Source: Octopus bimaculoides (Eukaryota). Taken from it: DNA of 64,000 bases. Below the pieces are notes generated by a model. It saw only the letters and a program-made list of their open reading frames with translations. It was not told the origin of the DNA and did not search any database. The stretch spans positions 60,256,088 to 60,320,087 of the forward strand of contig NC_068982.1 in assembly GCF_001194135.2 (NCBI RefSeq), read 5' to 3'. The translations under genes were made by a program, and so were the position numbers. Of this stretch, positions 12,689-26,314 are shown piece after piece; within the stretch, counting starts at the first letter, position 1, and the number at the start of each line of letters is the position of its first letter.

Positions 12689-12925
12689 AGACGGTGAGCT
12701 GGCAGAATTGTTAGCACGTCAGGCGAAATGCTTAGCGGTATTTCGTCTGCCGATACATTCTGAGTTCAAATTCCGCTGAGGTTGACTTTGCTTTTCATCC
12801 TTTCGGAATCGATAAATAAGTACCAGTTACGCATTGGGGTCGATATAATCGACTTAATCCGTTTGTCTGTCCTTGTTTGTCCCCTCTGTGTATAGCTCCT
12901 TGTGGGCAGTAAAGAAATAAGAAAC
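12689..12925 (+). mobile_element. SINE family C, alternative 3' tail
   Basis: Same head/core as 8613, but the tail is ttaatccgtttgtctgtccttgtttgtcccctctgtg..gtaaagaaataa. Confidence 0.85.
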
Positions 12926-14318
12926 AGTAGAGCACCAGAAAAAAACTGTATGCTATTTAGTTCAATTCTCTGAACTTTATGAGTTCAAACCTTGCCAAAT
13001 TAATCTTGCCTTTTGAAGGTCAGTAAACAAAAGTACTTGCCAGCAAAATAAGAAATATTCCTGGAATTGTCAATGGAATTGATTCTAACCAACAATGATT
13101 GACAGGTTCAAAACTTTTTTTCATATCTTATAAATATTTACAAGAGGAACATGAAATTATCAACAGTATTTCTATCCATCCATTGGCTGAAGCAGAATCT
13201 TATATCTTCACTAACTGTTTCTATAAATCCAAAAATGATAATATTCTGTTTCCAGCAAAGATCTTCTCAAACCCTCTTTTAAACTGTCTGATGAAAATGG
13301 GTTTATTTTTATCTCAGGTGAAACGTTATATGAAAACTTTATAATAATCCAACTGTTTCCAGTTACAGTCGATCACTTTTCCAATATTTGGGATTGGTAC
13401 AGTTTTAGCTCAAAGATGCTGAAATCGATAAGCACCTTTAATAAACAATGCAAATAATATAGATTGTTTCAAACTGTTATTTGATTTCTGCTTCAACAAC
13501 AGGTATCACCATTGTTCCTACTTCAAGTAACAAGGTGTGATGCAACAAAAAAAAGAAGAAAAAAATAACAGAACTTTATTCCATGTTAATATATTCAGTA
13601 AAATTCCTTATTTGCTTCAACAAAAATGTCTTGTTTTCTTGTCTGGTATGGCTTCAATTTAATAGCTTTTCCGCAATGACATGCTTTGGGTTGTTATTCA
13701 TAGATTAAAATATAATAGATTTTACTTCAGCTTATAAGTCTATCAGTTAGGAATTCCTATTTGACTCTATAATATGAAGAAGAAGACAAAAAGACAGCAT
13801 TCATTTATCATTTTACCATTCTAGGATAGCTGAATAAATGAAAAGAAAAAAAGAAAGAAAATTTAAAAACTAAAGATTGCCTCTTTAGAAATAATAATTA
13901 TTAGGATAATCCCAAAACTTGTTAATACCTAACGATCTGATCAAATGAAATGTACTTTTAATATATTTAAAAAATGTATTACTATATGTTATCCAAGAAT
14001 AGTGATTATCATGCTCTAATTGTAAGTGTTTAAAGAACATTAATATCTTAATCTTTATAATATCTTGCTATGACTTTTTTTTTTTTAATATAGAGAGAAA
14101 GAGAGGAAAAGAAAAGAAAAAGAAAGAGAAAAAAAAACCTTATTGATTTATGTTCATCGTCAAAAACTTAATCTCATACACAAATATTTATTGAATAATA
14201 AATAAACAATAGAAACTAAAAATACACTCTCTGAAATATTTCAGAAATATTTTCAGATGTGTCAAAATGTAACACAAGCTTAAGCTTCAGATGAGGGTGG
14301 AGAGTGTATGTGTATGCA

Positions 14319-14398
<80 letters not shown>

Positions 14399-14519
14399 NN
14401 NNNNNNNNNNNNNNNNNNNNNNNNNNNNNNNNNNNNNNNNNNNNNNNNNNNNNNNNNNNNNNNNNNNNNNNNNNNNNNNNNNNNNNNNNNNNNNNNNNNN
14501 NNNNNNNNNNNNNAGAGGG

Positions 14520-14550
<31 letters not shown>

Positions 14551-15054
14551 GAGAGAGAGAGGGTGCTGCTTCATTTCAGTAATTGTATTTTGATACTAAA
14601 TACATAATATCCAGGCTACCCATCATTAAATAATTATGACCAACAATGTTCATTGGTCTGCTTGCCTCGATAAATGTTTGTCTCCAAAAATAACACAAAA
14701 TGGAGCTATTATACTTGGGAGTTCAATCAATCATACAACACATGAAAGGCAACATTCTATTACATTCTCCTCATCCATTTTTGTCACATGAGATTCATAC
14801 ATATTTTGATCACTTTATTTTCTTTTACCTCATGATGACGCTAAATTAAGCTGCTTCCTAGAAAATGTTTTCAAATTTCAATTGATATTTTTATAGAAGA
14901 ATGAAACACAGCTTTCTTGACCTTCCTGAAGTATTATTTTACACTGACACAAGACCATGACATTTATAAGGAAAAGATATAGTTGATCAAAACCCACCTT
15001 CTTTATATGAATCGGTACTCATTTTATCAACACAGAAACCTTATCATGATTGTG

Positions 15055-15155
15055 TTATCATCATCATCATCATTTAACGTCTGTTGTCCATGCTGGCATG
15101 GGTTGGACGATTTGAGAGGGCTGGCACACTGGAAGGCTGCACCAGACTCCAGTAG
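15055..15155 (-). mobile_element. Short RTE 3'-tail fragment
   Basis: (CAT)n-ttaacgtctgttgtccatgctggcatgggttggacg matches the terminus at 6535/43002. Confidence 0.75.
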
Positions 15156-15869
15156 GAAAAATAATAATCAAATTTCCTGTAATGTGCACTCTGTCAGGAA
15201 AGGACGTAGATGATATAGTCTAAGATGTATCACTGAAAAACGGTATAGTCATAGTTGGAACGACATTGATCAGGGTTGACCTGGTGTGGTGAGAAGACAA
15301 CCTAAACAGCAACAACAACCTTAAAGTGGTGATAACAACCAAAGTAGTATATAGTGATGAAAACAATACATGTTTTATAGACCTGGGAACGATGAAAGAA
15401 GTATTCAATTCTGACAAAGTTGTACAGAAAGAATAGAATGAAATTTAACTAAATACAAGTTTCTATTGAACAATGCTTTTAATTTGATTAAAAACATTTG
15501 TGACAAATGTTTTAACAAATTACATTATGAAACTAAATAAAACACTGAAAATTTTCTTCCATAATATTGTCAAATAATTAAAATTTTTGAAAAAAATTTA
15601 ATTCTACATGCTAAATTACTTTGCAGATATGAATATCCATGCATTCTGTTTGTTTTTTTTATGACACATATCTTAAAGTCTACCTGTCCACACTGGTTAA
15701 CTGAAGAAGGTTGGACAGTATTATTTGACCCATAACTGGGGAAAGTGTTGATTGTATACTGAGATGTGTCCCACATGTCTATTGGTCATGTAACATTATC
15801 TATGTTTTTGCAGCTCCCCTGTTGTGATCCCATAAGAAAATGGAGAAAGGTAAATGATATTTTTCCCAC

Positions 15870-16000
15870 TGTAAAAGAGAAAAAAATGACATAGGCATGG
15901 CACATTAGAATGACAGACAACCATTGCACAAAAATCATCATGGAATGGAACCATGGTGGGAAAGAGGAAAAAAAGAAAGACCATGGAAAAGCTGGTATAA
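15870..16000 (+). mobile_element. Decayed RTE-type ORF2 C-terminal fragment
   Basis: Reads AWHIRMTDNHCTKIIMEWNHGG then, shifted, RKKERPWKSW, like the W.GH..RM..R..K....W.P.GKR..GRP..W motif at RTE C-termini. Confidence 0.5.
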
Positions 16001-16244
16001 AATCAATAATTACACCGGAAAACATGGTTTATGTTATCTGGTGTTGAAGATATGTTTCCTAGTAATTTTAGAGTGTTAATTTCAAAAATGAAATCCATTT
16101 TGATCTATCAAGTCAAGAGTTTTCACAAATTCAAATGTCCACCATTCAATATTTCCAGTATAGTCACTGTTTCTAAAGAGGTGAGACATGTTTTATCAAA
16201 CTTTAACAATTTATGAAAATTTGTATTTTGAATGCACTCTTAAT

Positions 16245-17370
16245 GTTTTGTGAAGTCATATGGTTTAAGGTCATTTTTTTGTCTGGCATGGTCAAAGAAC
16301 TGTAGAAAGACCTTCATGGCATATATGCTCTTTATGGCACTTTGCCATCACAAGCCTACATTTACTTACTTTATAACTGTTGACAATTCTGAAAATGCTT
16401 TTCTCAGGTGACAACTGGCTTGAATATATTGTTTTGTACCTCAGAAATATGGTTAGTTGTGAGAAAACAAAATGCAAAAACAGCTCCAATGTCTTCCACT
16501 ATATTTGTTTCAGCAATGAAACAAAATCATAGATATTGTGAAGAAAGCTTACTTTACTTACATTGGCATGAAACTGGGTGACCAAAACTATGCCTAGGTA
16601 CTCCCTGTAGTTTGTGAAATATGTTGAAACTCTGAGACAGTGATTGTTTCAAATACTAAAGCAGAAAGTTTCCAGCTTTGTTTTGTGAGAAAATTAAGGT
16701 TTGTGTTTGATGGGCCACAGATTAGGTAGTTATTGCAGGATAAGCACTTTCTGGAGACCATGTCTGGTATGGAAAAAGAAGCATGGAATGCTTTTGCTGC
16801 AGTTATGTTTGATTTCCTGGGAAACAGGATGCCATCAAATTATGAAAAACTTGTGCAAACCCTGCTAACCAGTTTTCAAGTATTAGGTTGCAAAATGAGT
16901 GTAAAAATGTATTTCTTGAAAATCATAGTGTAATAAGTGATCAGTAAGGAGAAATATTCCACCAATACATCAATACTATGGAGACTAAGTATCAAGTTAG
17001 ATGGGACACAAACATGATGGCTGACTACTGCTGGTTTCTGCAAAGTGACTGTCATGATGCAAATTATTCATGCAAAGCATTCCTTGTGTAGCTGAAACTC
17101 CAGTTTGATAGAAATATCTATCCTAAGATGTGTAATTAAACATTTTGTGTAATACATTTATTAAACGATGGAAAGTACTATTTGGCTTGTGTTAGTTTCT
17201 TATTTCAGTGTTGCAATTAATGGCAAAATAGGCCATTTTTGGTAAAAAAAAATGAATTCCTGTTTAACAAAAAACTTGATGTGAAGGAAGAAAACTGGCT
17301 GTAGTTTTGAAATCAACCAATTTTAGTCTAACTCAAATGAAAAAAGCAAACTCAACAGTTATTCCTGTGT
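16245..17370 (+). mobile_element. Internally deleted CMC/Chapaev-like DNA transposon remnant
   Basis: ~16470 reads TKCKNSSNVFHYICF (N-terminal Cys cluster). 16700-17050 reads ..PQIR..LQDKHFLETMSGMEKEAWNAFAAV..FLGNRMPSNYEKLVQTLLTSFQVLGCKMSVKMYFL. This matches the GPQIR..EK.AW..F...FLGN....Y..LV..L...Y..LGC.MS.K.HFL transposase type; the superfamily name is from memory. Confidence 0.7.
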
Positions 17371-17464
17371 TTTTAAAGCACCACCAACTGATAATATCAG
17401 ATCAACAATGGTTTACAACAACAGGTGAAAAAGCAGAATAAAATGTCTGGACATTTCTAATATT

Positions 17465-17872
17465 TTTCAACTTTTATCTTTTACTTGCTTCAATCATTAG
17501 AAACTGTGGCCATGCTGGGGCACCATCTTGAAGAACTTTTAGTTGAATGAATGGACCCTAGAACTTGTATTTTAGAGCTTGCTACTTATTCTTTTGGTGT
17601 TTTTTGCTGAACCACTAAATTATGGGGACATAAGCACACCAACACTATTTGTGAAGAGGTGTTGGGGACAAACACAGACACTTGACAGTGCACGCATACA
17701 CACACACACACATACATACATACATACATACATACATACATACGATGGGTTTCCATCAACCAAATCCACTCACAAGACTTTTGTTTTCCTAAGGCTATCA
17801 GAGAAAACACTTGCCCAAGTTGCCACACAGTGGTTGGGAAGCAAACTTCTTACCACACAGCCAAGCCTGCAC
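17465..17872 (-). mobile_element. SINE family A
   Basis: Tail, (CA)/(CATA)n centre and head, with an internal head deletion. Confidence 0.8.
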
Positions 17873-18223
17873 CTAAATAAATGTCTATTTCATTTCTAAA
17901 GTTTAACATAAAGACTTTTTCTGAACATAAGGATTCTGAGGCAAAGATTGTCCCCAGCTATCTCTTAAAATTCCACTTTCTTCTAAACCAGTCAGAGAGT
18001 GACTTTTTCTTTTTTGCTACAGCCATTTCCTTTATTTGGAGAGAGTTATACAACTAAAATCAAAATAAATCAGAAGCAATAAAAAAAAAGCATTAAATAA
18101 TGGTCATGTTTTGGAGAATCCATCAAGTCAGATACATAAATCTTTTAATGTCTATCTTACCATGTTAGTCCTGAGTTGATAATTTAAATAATGTAAGCAT
18201 AAGTGTAAAGTTTATTAGTGCAC

Positions 18224-18451
18224 AACCCTTTTATTACCATATTTCTGTTGGGATACTCTGTGTTTATTTCAATTGATTTTAAATGTAACAAAGAATTTAG
18301 TGAAATAACTTTGTTTATTATTGAGCTAGTGTTGAGAACATAAATCAAAACCAAGTTTCGATGGAAGATTTTAAATCAGAACTTTTGAAAACAAAATAAA
18401 TTGTACTACAGAGCCAGGGGCAGTCTCAAGTGGGTTGGTATCAAAAGGGTT
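18224..18451. mobile_element. piggyBac-type MITE (~228 bp)
   Basis: TIRs aacccttttattacca (18224) / tggtatcaaaagggtt (18436-18451), 14/16 matching. TTAA at the right end; the left TTAA is mutated. No ORF. Confidence 0.7.
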
Positions 18452-20234
18452 AAACTAAAAGTGTAATTAATGTTTATTCTACATAATTGTTGAATTAATA
18501 AAAGAAATATGACTTGCTTTTCTTTTTTTATATTAGTCAAAATAAGAACAGTACATATGTTCTTTGTAGGTCCTGCCAGATTATTCAGATTCACGTGGAT
18601 AAGGAGATAATGCAGTCTATAAAATGAATTTTTTGAACTCTTAAAATATAATTTGGTATTTAAATACTCTTATTAACCTACTATTTCATGAAATTTTCTT
18701 CTAAAGATAAAAAAAAATTAACTTAAATATAGGGATAAGCAATAGAAACATCAAAAACTTTTAGAAAAATTATACTGTTCTAAAAATTGCATTTTTTACT
18801 GAGAAGAACTGGCAATTATAAACCAATTTTGTTTGTTATGTTTACAGCCAATGTTTTTAATGATTACAATAATGGTTATTTTCTGAAAAATTAAACAAGT
18901 AATTTTCATCACTTCATGGAATAGTTAACACATTTCAGCAGAAGATCTAGCAAGTATTTCTTCTTACACATTAGACCTTGGTTATCATTGTGAGATACAA
19001 GAACAGGAGCATATAAGTAAATGTTATTATTGCAAACCTCGTTTGATCTTCCAACACAGAATTTTTAAATAATTATTCCAGCCTTCATTGAGCCATACAA
19101 CCATCAGCACTGTTGTCAATGATCTGTAAGATTTTCTTCTTTTACCATCTCAATTAACTAATTTTGGCATCTTCATACAAACATCAATAAAGATTAAGAT
19201 TGAACTCTTACTTGCAGAAAACTGAACTCCCAAACCAGTGAGAGAAAATGCAAATGGATGTGAAAATATTTAAAAAAGAATTACAATGAGTTTGTGAATC
19301 ACTGATTATGTTAAACTAGTCAAACACAAACAAATCTTTCTTCTTACTATGAAGCCATATTGATATTTCATGTAAAATTGAAAATGACACATTTGCAGCT
19401 TGGGAAACAACTGAATTAATTGTTTGTTCTGTAGCCTATATCTCTGTGGAATTATATCAACATTGACAATAAATTATTCATTAAGTGATTACAACAAAAC
19501 AAGATAAAAAAAAAACAGTAGAGTGTGCAATGAAATCAATAGAAAATATTGATACATACATTATAAACACTTCCATAGATTTGCCAGATGTTTAAATATC
19601 TTTTACTTATAAAATGATATTTTCTCTATATCATCTTTGATACAACTATGACAATGGGTTGTGTCTGATTTCTTTTCCAAGTGGTTATGTATTGTAAATT
19701 CAATTCAATAGATTTAATCATGCTATTAATTTGATTCAGTAAATGCTACATATGTTTAAAATAAGCATAATTTAGTATAATATAACTTTTCATTATAAAA
19801 GAGAAGAATTATTAAAAAAAAAAAAGACAATGAGGGGATTTTACAGTCAAAATAAAGGAAAATGCTGAAAACATCAATATAAATTATTGAAAAGATTAAT
19901 AAGATTTTTATAATTGGAAAAATTCAAATCAATGAGCTAAGACTAACAACCTATGTCTTGAAGAATCTCTGTTCTCGTTGCCTTACTCTGCCAAGGAAAT
20001 TAATTAAAAAATATGGTGGAAGGACACTGCTAAATATCGATTGGTGACAATGGTGTAGTAACAGAATACTAACAACAACAGCAATAACAACAACAAAAAT
20101 GGACTTCTGACAGGCTTCCTTGTAAAATCACCCGTTAACTTAAATGAAGAGAAGCTTTAGGTTAAAAATATATGAACTAAAGTCATTTCAGCACTGGCAA
20201 TTGTATTCTGAAATTGGGTGTATTTTTAGAGGTG

Positions 20235-20265
<31 letters not shown>

Positions 20266-20785
20266 ATTACATTGCATTAGTCTGTCAATTAAGAGATTTG
20301 AAAAAGAAATACTCAAAACAATTTGAATTCTGGCTGGAAAATAGCAGTCTGCTTACAGTATAATGTAATTGTTGCAAATGCATGGGTAGGATTACTACAA
20401 AGTCATTTTGAAGTTAATAACAATATTAGCAGATATCTTAACATTAATAGACTTACTTGGAGGAATAATTTGAATATAAATATTATTATAAAGTGATTAT
20501 GTTATTGTTGATTAGCGCCAGATCAGTGTTAACTGAACAATAGACCTATGGTTATGGACCATTCATCCTTTTTTCAAGCAGTGTATATCCGTTTTTATCC
20601 ATTTTATTTCCTGTAAGACTGTATGGAGTAATTTGAGGGAAAATTGACTGTTATTTTTAACAGATCAAGCACCCATTTAGAGATTGTTTTAGTGGCTCAA
20701 AGAGATTATATTGTAAATATTATTATTTCTTTAAAAGTCGTAATAATTCAGATAAAGTTGATTAATTCATGTAACTAAGTATATA

Positions 20786-21120
20786 GATACAAGAATGGCT
20801 GTGTGGCTGGCTAAGAAGCTCACTTAGCAACCACCTGGTTTCAAGTTCAGTCTCACTGTGCACCACCTTGGGCCAATGTCGTTTACTATTGTCCCTGACT
20901 GATCAATGCTTTGTGAGTGAATACAGGCACAAGAGTGGCTGTGTGGTAAGTAGCTTCCTTACCAACCACATGGTTCCTGGTTCAGTTCCACTGCATGGCA
21001 CCTTGGTCAAGTGTCTTCTACTATAGCCTCAGGCTGACCATAGCATTTTTTTTTAAATCACTTTTTAAAACCATCACCTTTACACTTCAAAAACTCTATG
21101 AAGTAATTCTCATAGACTTT

Positions 21121-21172
<52 letters not shown>

Positions 21173-21400
21173 TGCTTGTGTGAGTGTGTCTTGAGCATGT
21201 GTGTGTCTTTGTGTTTATAGTTATCCCCACCCTCACCCTTTGACAACAGATGTTGATTTGTTTATGCTCTTGTAACTTAGTAGTTCAGCGGAAAAACTGA
21301 TAAAATAAGTACCAGGGTCAATTTGTTCAATTAGACCTTTTGAGGTGGTGCCCTAGCATGGCTTCAGTCCAATAACTAAAGCAAGTAAATAATAAAAGAC
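20786..21400 (+). mobile_element. SINE family A with tandemly duplicated head
   Basis: Head 1 at 20786-20922 (more diverged), head 2 at 20926-21045, (TA)n at 21124-21170, tail at 21180-21400. Confidence 0.8.
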
Positions 21401-21574
21401 ATTTACAAGATACATTTAATTTTAGCATGTTATTATTAAAGTTACAATTTAGATTTATTCATTTTGATTAGAAGACATCAATAAATATTTCAGTTTTACA
21501 GAAGATTAGCTCACCTTGTGGAACACTTAGCATGAATTTAAAACAATTGGTTAAAAGCAAGCCCTTGCTTTTAT

Positions 21575-21712
21575 TTCATATATCTTTTTTATCTTTTACC
21601 TTTTACTTGTTTCAGTAATTTGACTGTGGCCATGCTGGAGCACCACCTTGAAGGATTCTAGTCAGAGAAATCGACCCCATGACTTATTTTCTTAAGCTTA
21701 GTACTTATTCTT
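21575..21712 (-). mobile_element. SINE A 3' module only
   Basis: ttttacttgtttcagtaatttgactgtggccatgctggagcacc..gtacttattc. Confidence 0.75.
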
Positions 21713-22149
21713 AGCACTTATAATGAACGAAATTTATCAAAAATCAAAATTAAAACCAGTAGTATTTATTAGTGATAGTGGTGCTAATATTCATTGCTTT
21801 TTGAAGTTTTATAACACAGAGTGTCATGTTATACAACAATGTTTCAATTATTTACTGAGTAAAAGTTATATTTATTAAAGAAGAAAAAAATGGAATGTTC
21901 TTATATTCATACTTCTTTTATAAACAAAGAGGCACACCCATGACTTTATGGTTTTTGGTCCTTGAGAAAGTATCTTTTCCTATAGCCTGAGTTACCAATA
22001 CCTTGTAAGTGAATTTAGTAGATGGAAAGTGTGGAACCCCGTTGTATACACCTGTGTGTGTGTGAGAGGGAGAGTGTGTGTGCGTGTCTGTTTATCCACA
22101 TCACTCCTTGACAACTAGCGCTGGTTTGTTTACGTGATGTTATGTCAGA

Positions 22150-22780
22150 ATTGTGACATGCAAGAGGACTTCATACATCAGGAACCACAATTTTGAGTGA
22201 CTTGAGGAGGACCTACTCTCATATTCCTGAAATTAATGGTTATAATTTTTTACATAGAACAGTGAATCACAGCATTGAATTTATCAACTCAAAAGAGTAC
22301 AGTTTGCATTTTTGCAAATTTTTGCAAAAAAAAATCATTGAGGATTTTTCATTTATGTGTTGTTTACCTGCCTGTTACAACATTTCACATACCTTTATTC
22401 ATTAAAACTTATTAAAACTTCAAAACTTCTTACAAGTTTGTCATCATAATGTTGTCAAGAAACAGCTATCACGCACAAAATGCCAGTTTCCAAATCCCGT
22501 TTTCTGATTGAGTAAAAATTATCAAGCTTTAAACCTCTGTAACATTTTTCTAAAATTTCTTTGGAACAAGTGAGTAGCAAAATCATATTCAGTGTGAAAA
22601 ATTGCATTTATATACCAAATTTGAAAATTCTCACATAATTTTAAAATTTCAAAAACAGTGACAGCAACAGAAAAGATCCCAAAATCCTGTTTCTAGCTAA
22701 ATTCACTTAAAATGTCATGATTTCCAAAATTTAGGGTAAAAATTCAAATTTTTAAAACTATCAAGTGGTAGCACCATAAA
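22150..22780 (+). mobile_element. Merlin (IS1016/IS1595-like) DNA transposon remnant
   Basis: 22160-22290 reads (I)..GTTILSDLRRTYSHIPEINGYNFLHRTVNHSIEFINS, matching the GT.I.SD.W.AY......Y.H.TVNHS..F motif of Merlin transposases. A candidate terminus ..ggtagcacc lies at ~22767-22775. Confidence 0.7.
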
Positions 22781-23989
22781 AATGTCAATTAAAAAGTAAA
22801 TTTTATTTCTAATTTTCAGTTGTCAGATTTCATTCTAGTACTCTGATTATAAGGAAAATTAACAACTTGGTTGATACTAAATCCTATAGAATCTATATAT
22901 AGTTTTAGTTTATTTGTTGATTATCATGTAGAGTTGCTTGACTAAGTCATGTGAATTGTTATTAAATTCTATCAATGTGTTTCTATCGAAATACAAGCTA
23001 AAACTTTCAGTCTCAAAGACATGTGTAAATTACCATTGCTATTTATAGTTACCATTGTGTGCTCTACAATGTTAATTAATGATCTCATTCAAAACTAAGA
23101 TATTCATATCTAGTTATTATTCATTTCAGAATTTCTTCCTAGCTCTTTCTTAAAGAATATCTGATTTAGTTAAAGATATATAATGAAGAATGCAGATACA
23201 GGCTTTGAAGAATTTCAATTCTGTTGTATTCTCTTTCTGAACAGAACAAATTTTGTGCTATTTTATTTTACACCAATACTGAAATTTACACATTGCTAGT
23301 TTTCCAGTTGACACAAAAAGAAAATTAAATTTTATCAGATTTTTATGCCTAAAGTAAACTAAACTGCTCCATATAAAGATTGCTTCTTTCTTTCTTTACA
23401 TATTAATATATCCAGTTATCACTTATCTTTCAAATTGATATCTGTGTCTAAAATTTTTTGAAAATATGAGGTTGTTCTACATTAAATCAAATCCAGTTCC
23501 CTCAGAGTGAAAGAAAGTGACAGGATTGGAATCAAAAGTAGACGTTATTTCCATAAACATGCAAACCTATTTTTAGGCAATTTCCCAAACTAGATATCAT
23601 AAACTTCCTATTTCAACAGAATCTTAGATAAATCCACAATTATATTTTATAAATCAGAGCCCTAAATGGAGCCAATGAAAGATCCTTGTTGTTATTCAAT
23701 CTACAAGAAACAGCCTACAAATTATAAAGATATTTAGTCCAAGATAAATGTTGTCAGAATAAAACACAGCATAATTACAGCTGGAATCATAAATTTGTTC
23801 AATCAGTAGGAACTTGAAATTAAATAACATGTCAATTAAATATTTGGTTCACAATGATAACCACCTTAGTTAATCAGTGGCCAGCATGGAAATCAACTTC
23901 AAGTAGCTTTTCTCATCAAGCATTGCACTTCCTAACATTTTCTTTCTCCTTTATTGAATATGACCATGTTCTTGATGTATCAGGTCTTT

Positions 23990-24480
23990 TCTTATTATTA
24001 AAAATTTAGTCTTTGCTAAATATACTTTGAGGCCTTCCTGTTCTAAGTTTAGTTTCCATATTTGCAATTTAACCTTCAACTGATTCACGGATAAAACTAA
24101 GTCATTAATGTATAGAATTCCTATAGACTACCAGTCTTAAACTCCTTTGTTATTACCTGGACAGCTATGATAAGCAAAACAGGCCTGAGTATTTCACCCT
24201 CTTGGCTTCCCGTACATGCACATTAAATTAATCACTGTACTCATTACCAAACTGACTGCAGTTCTGTACATGGCTTACATACCCATCATAAGAAATGCAT
24301 TTATACTTAGTTTCTTTAGTGTCTACCAGGAACGCTATTGAAGACCTTCACAAGGTCATTGAATGCTTAGTAGAATGGCTTGCTTACTCTTCAGTATTTC
24401 TGCTGTAGTTGTTTCACTAGGAAGAGAGCATCAGAATACCTCTTCTGACACTAAGAACTACATTATATTTAACCTGTTAT
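23990..24480 (-). mobile_element. Decayed RTE-type reverse transcriptase fragment
   Basis: Minus strand reads FNDLVKVFNSVP (cf. DLEKAFDRVP) and ..LYINDL.. (cf. LYADDL), then LKVKLQIWKLNLEQEGLKVYLAKT (cf. W...LE..GL.VN..KT). Many stops. Confidence 0.7.
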
Positions 24481-24744
24481 TAATCAGTTGAACTGTTACT
24501 CTTTCATAACCTGGTCTATTAAGTCAATGTTCCTGTAGTTTCTTTTCTTTTTACTGTGTATATTTTGGAGTTATACTTGCTTGGTAAGTGATTTCATCTA
24601 AGACCGTGTGTTGAACTTAAAATCTGGATTAACCATTTCAGCCATTTATAATCATGTTTTAGCTATTTGCAAAAAAATTATGTAATCTATTTGTTTCTTA
24701 ATTATACAATACATTATGAAGTGTGAGAAAAAAGGTGGGGTAAG

Positions 24745-25165
24745 AGGATTGCTTCCCAACCACATGGTTCTGAGTTCAATGTCAATGCATGACACCTTGG
24801 GTGAGTGTCTTCTACTGTAGCCTTTGAGCCAACCAAAGCTTTGTGAGTGGATTTGGTAGTTGAAAACAGAAAGAAGCCCTTTATATATAATGTGTGTGTG
24901 TGTGTGTGTGTATTTATATGTATGTATGTATATATGTCTGTGTTTATGTGTCTTTGTGTCTGTCCTCCTACTATTGCTTGACAACCAGTGTTGGTGCGTT
25001 TACGTACCCATAACCTAGTGGTTCTGCAAAAGAGACCAATAGAATAAGTACCGGGCTTTAAAAAAAAAAAAGAAAAAATCACTGGGTCAATTCATTCGAC
25101 TAAAAATTCTTCTAGGCAGTGTCCCAGGATGGCTGCAGTGAAATGACTGAAACAAGTAAAAGAAT
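24745..25165 (+). mobile_element. SINE family A (5'-truncated head)
   Basis: Head, (TG)n centre and tail ending ggctgcagtgaaatgactgaaacaagtaaaag. Confidence 0.85.
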
Positions 25166-25851
25166 GTATTTGTATGTATGTATGTATGTATCTACGACTG
25201 TGTGTTTATTTGTATGTTTGTATGTGTGTGTGTACATCATGTATGTGTCTCTCTGTTTTAGGGTGGCACTTATTGCAATACTTTGTAAAGCCATGCAACC
25301 AAATACTGACAGGCTACACTTTCTAAAAGCAAATCCAAACATAGAAGAACAGTCATCAAACATAAACATTGGTGCTAATGCTGCTTCAAATGGTAATGAT
25401 GATGTTAAAGAGAAAAGAAAAATAAATAAATAAATAAACAACTAGAAGAAGAAAGGAGGAAAAGGTGGAGGTTTAGGAAAAGAAAAGTTTAAAAAATAAG
25501 AGTATTATAAAACCTTCATCTTCCCTTCATTAATGATTATCACAGCATGAACAAGGTTTTTTCCAGTTGAATAGTTTTCTGTCATAGTAAGGTAAAGCCA
25601 GTCACTTGCTAGACAAAATACGACCTCAGTGAAGTATTATGCAAGTTTTCACAACCCCACCAATGCTAATGTTTGCTTAAGTTCGTGAACAGTGTTTAAA
25701 TTTTCTACATCAATTTTCCTTTTCTTCATCCCTGAAATTTATGCATTATCATCTCTTGTGAATATCTGTAGCAAATTTACAACACAAATCATTTATACAA
25801 ATGACTTTGATGTCGATGATAGAACAAAAAATAAAATTCTTACTCACTCAC

Positions 25852-25914
25852 ATCAAAGGTCTCAACAAAATTTGACAGAATGGAAATCTGAGAGGTCCAC
25901 ACCGGCATTTGCCA
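25852..25914 (-). CDS. Candidate internal exon of an unidentified minus-strand gene (WQMPVWTSQISILSNFVETFD)
   Basis: tttaatttcgtcAG | 63 nt open in phase 0 | GTGAGT, in unique sequence with higher GC than its flanks. Protein not recognised. Confidence 0.35.
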
Positions 25915-26091
25915 CTGACGAAATTAAAGCTAACCTGATCAATACAAATCAACCTCTGTGATCTAACAACTTAATAGATATTAACTAAAATTTGTGTTCA
26001 TTAGTAACATAAACAATAACAAGTATTTAATGTGTGTGCACACTCACACACACAACTATGCACACATAACACTTTCTCTTTCTCTCTTTCA

Positions 26092-26134
<43 letters not shown>

Positions 26135-26270
26135 AATATATATATATTTATTTATATATACATAAACATATATATACACACACGTATATATCACACATAC
26201 ATATATATATGCACATACACACATATATACATATATAAATATATATATAATACATGTAGATATATATAAG

Positions 26271-26314
<44 letters not shown>

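Noticed and set aside
19090-19260. HWFG..WLNEG resembling M1 aminopeptidase motifs
   Set aside because: There is no HExxH, the spacing is wrong (15 versus ~11 residues), and it depends on an unverified splice.
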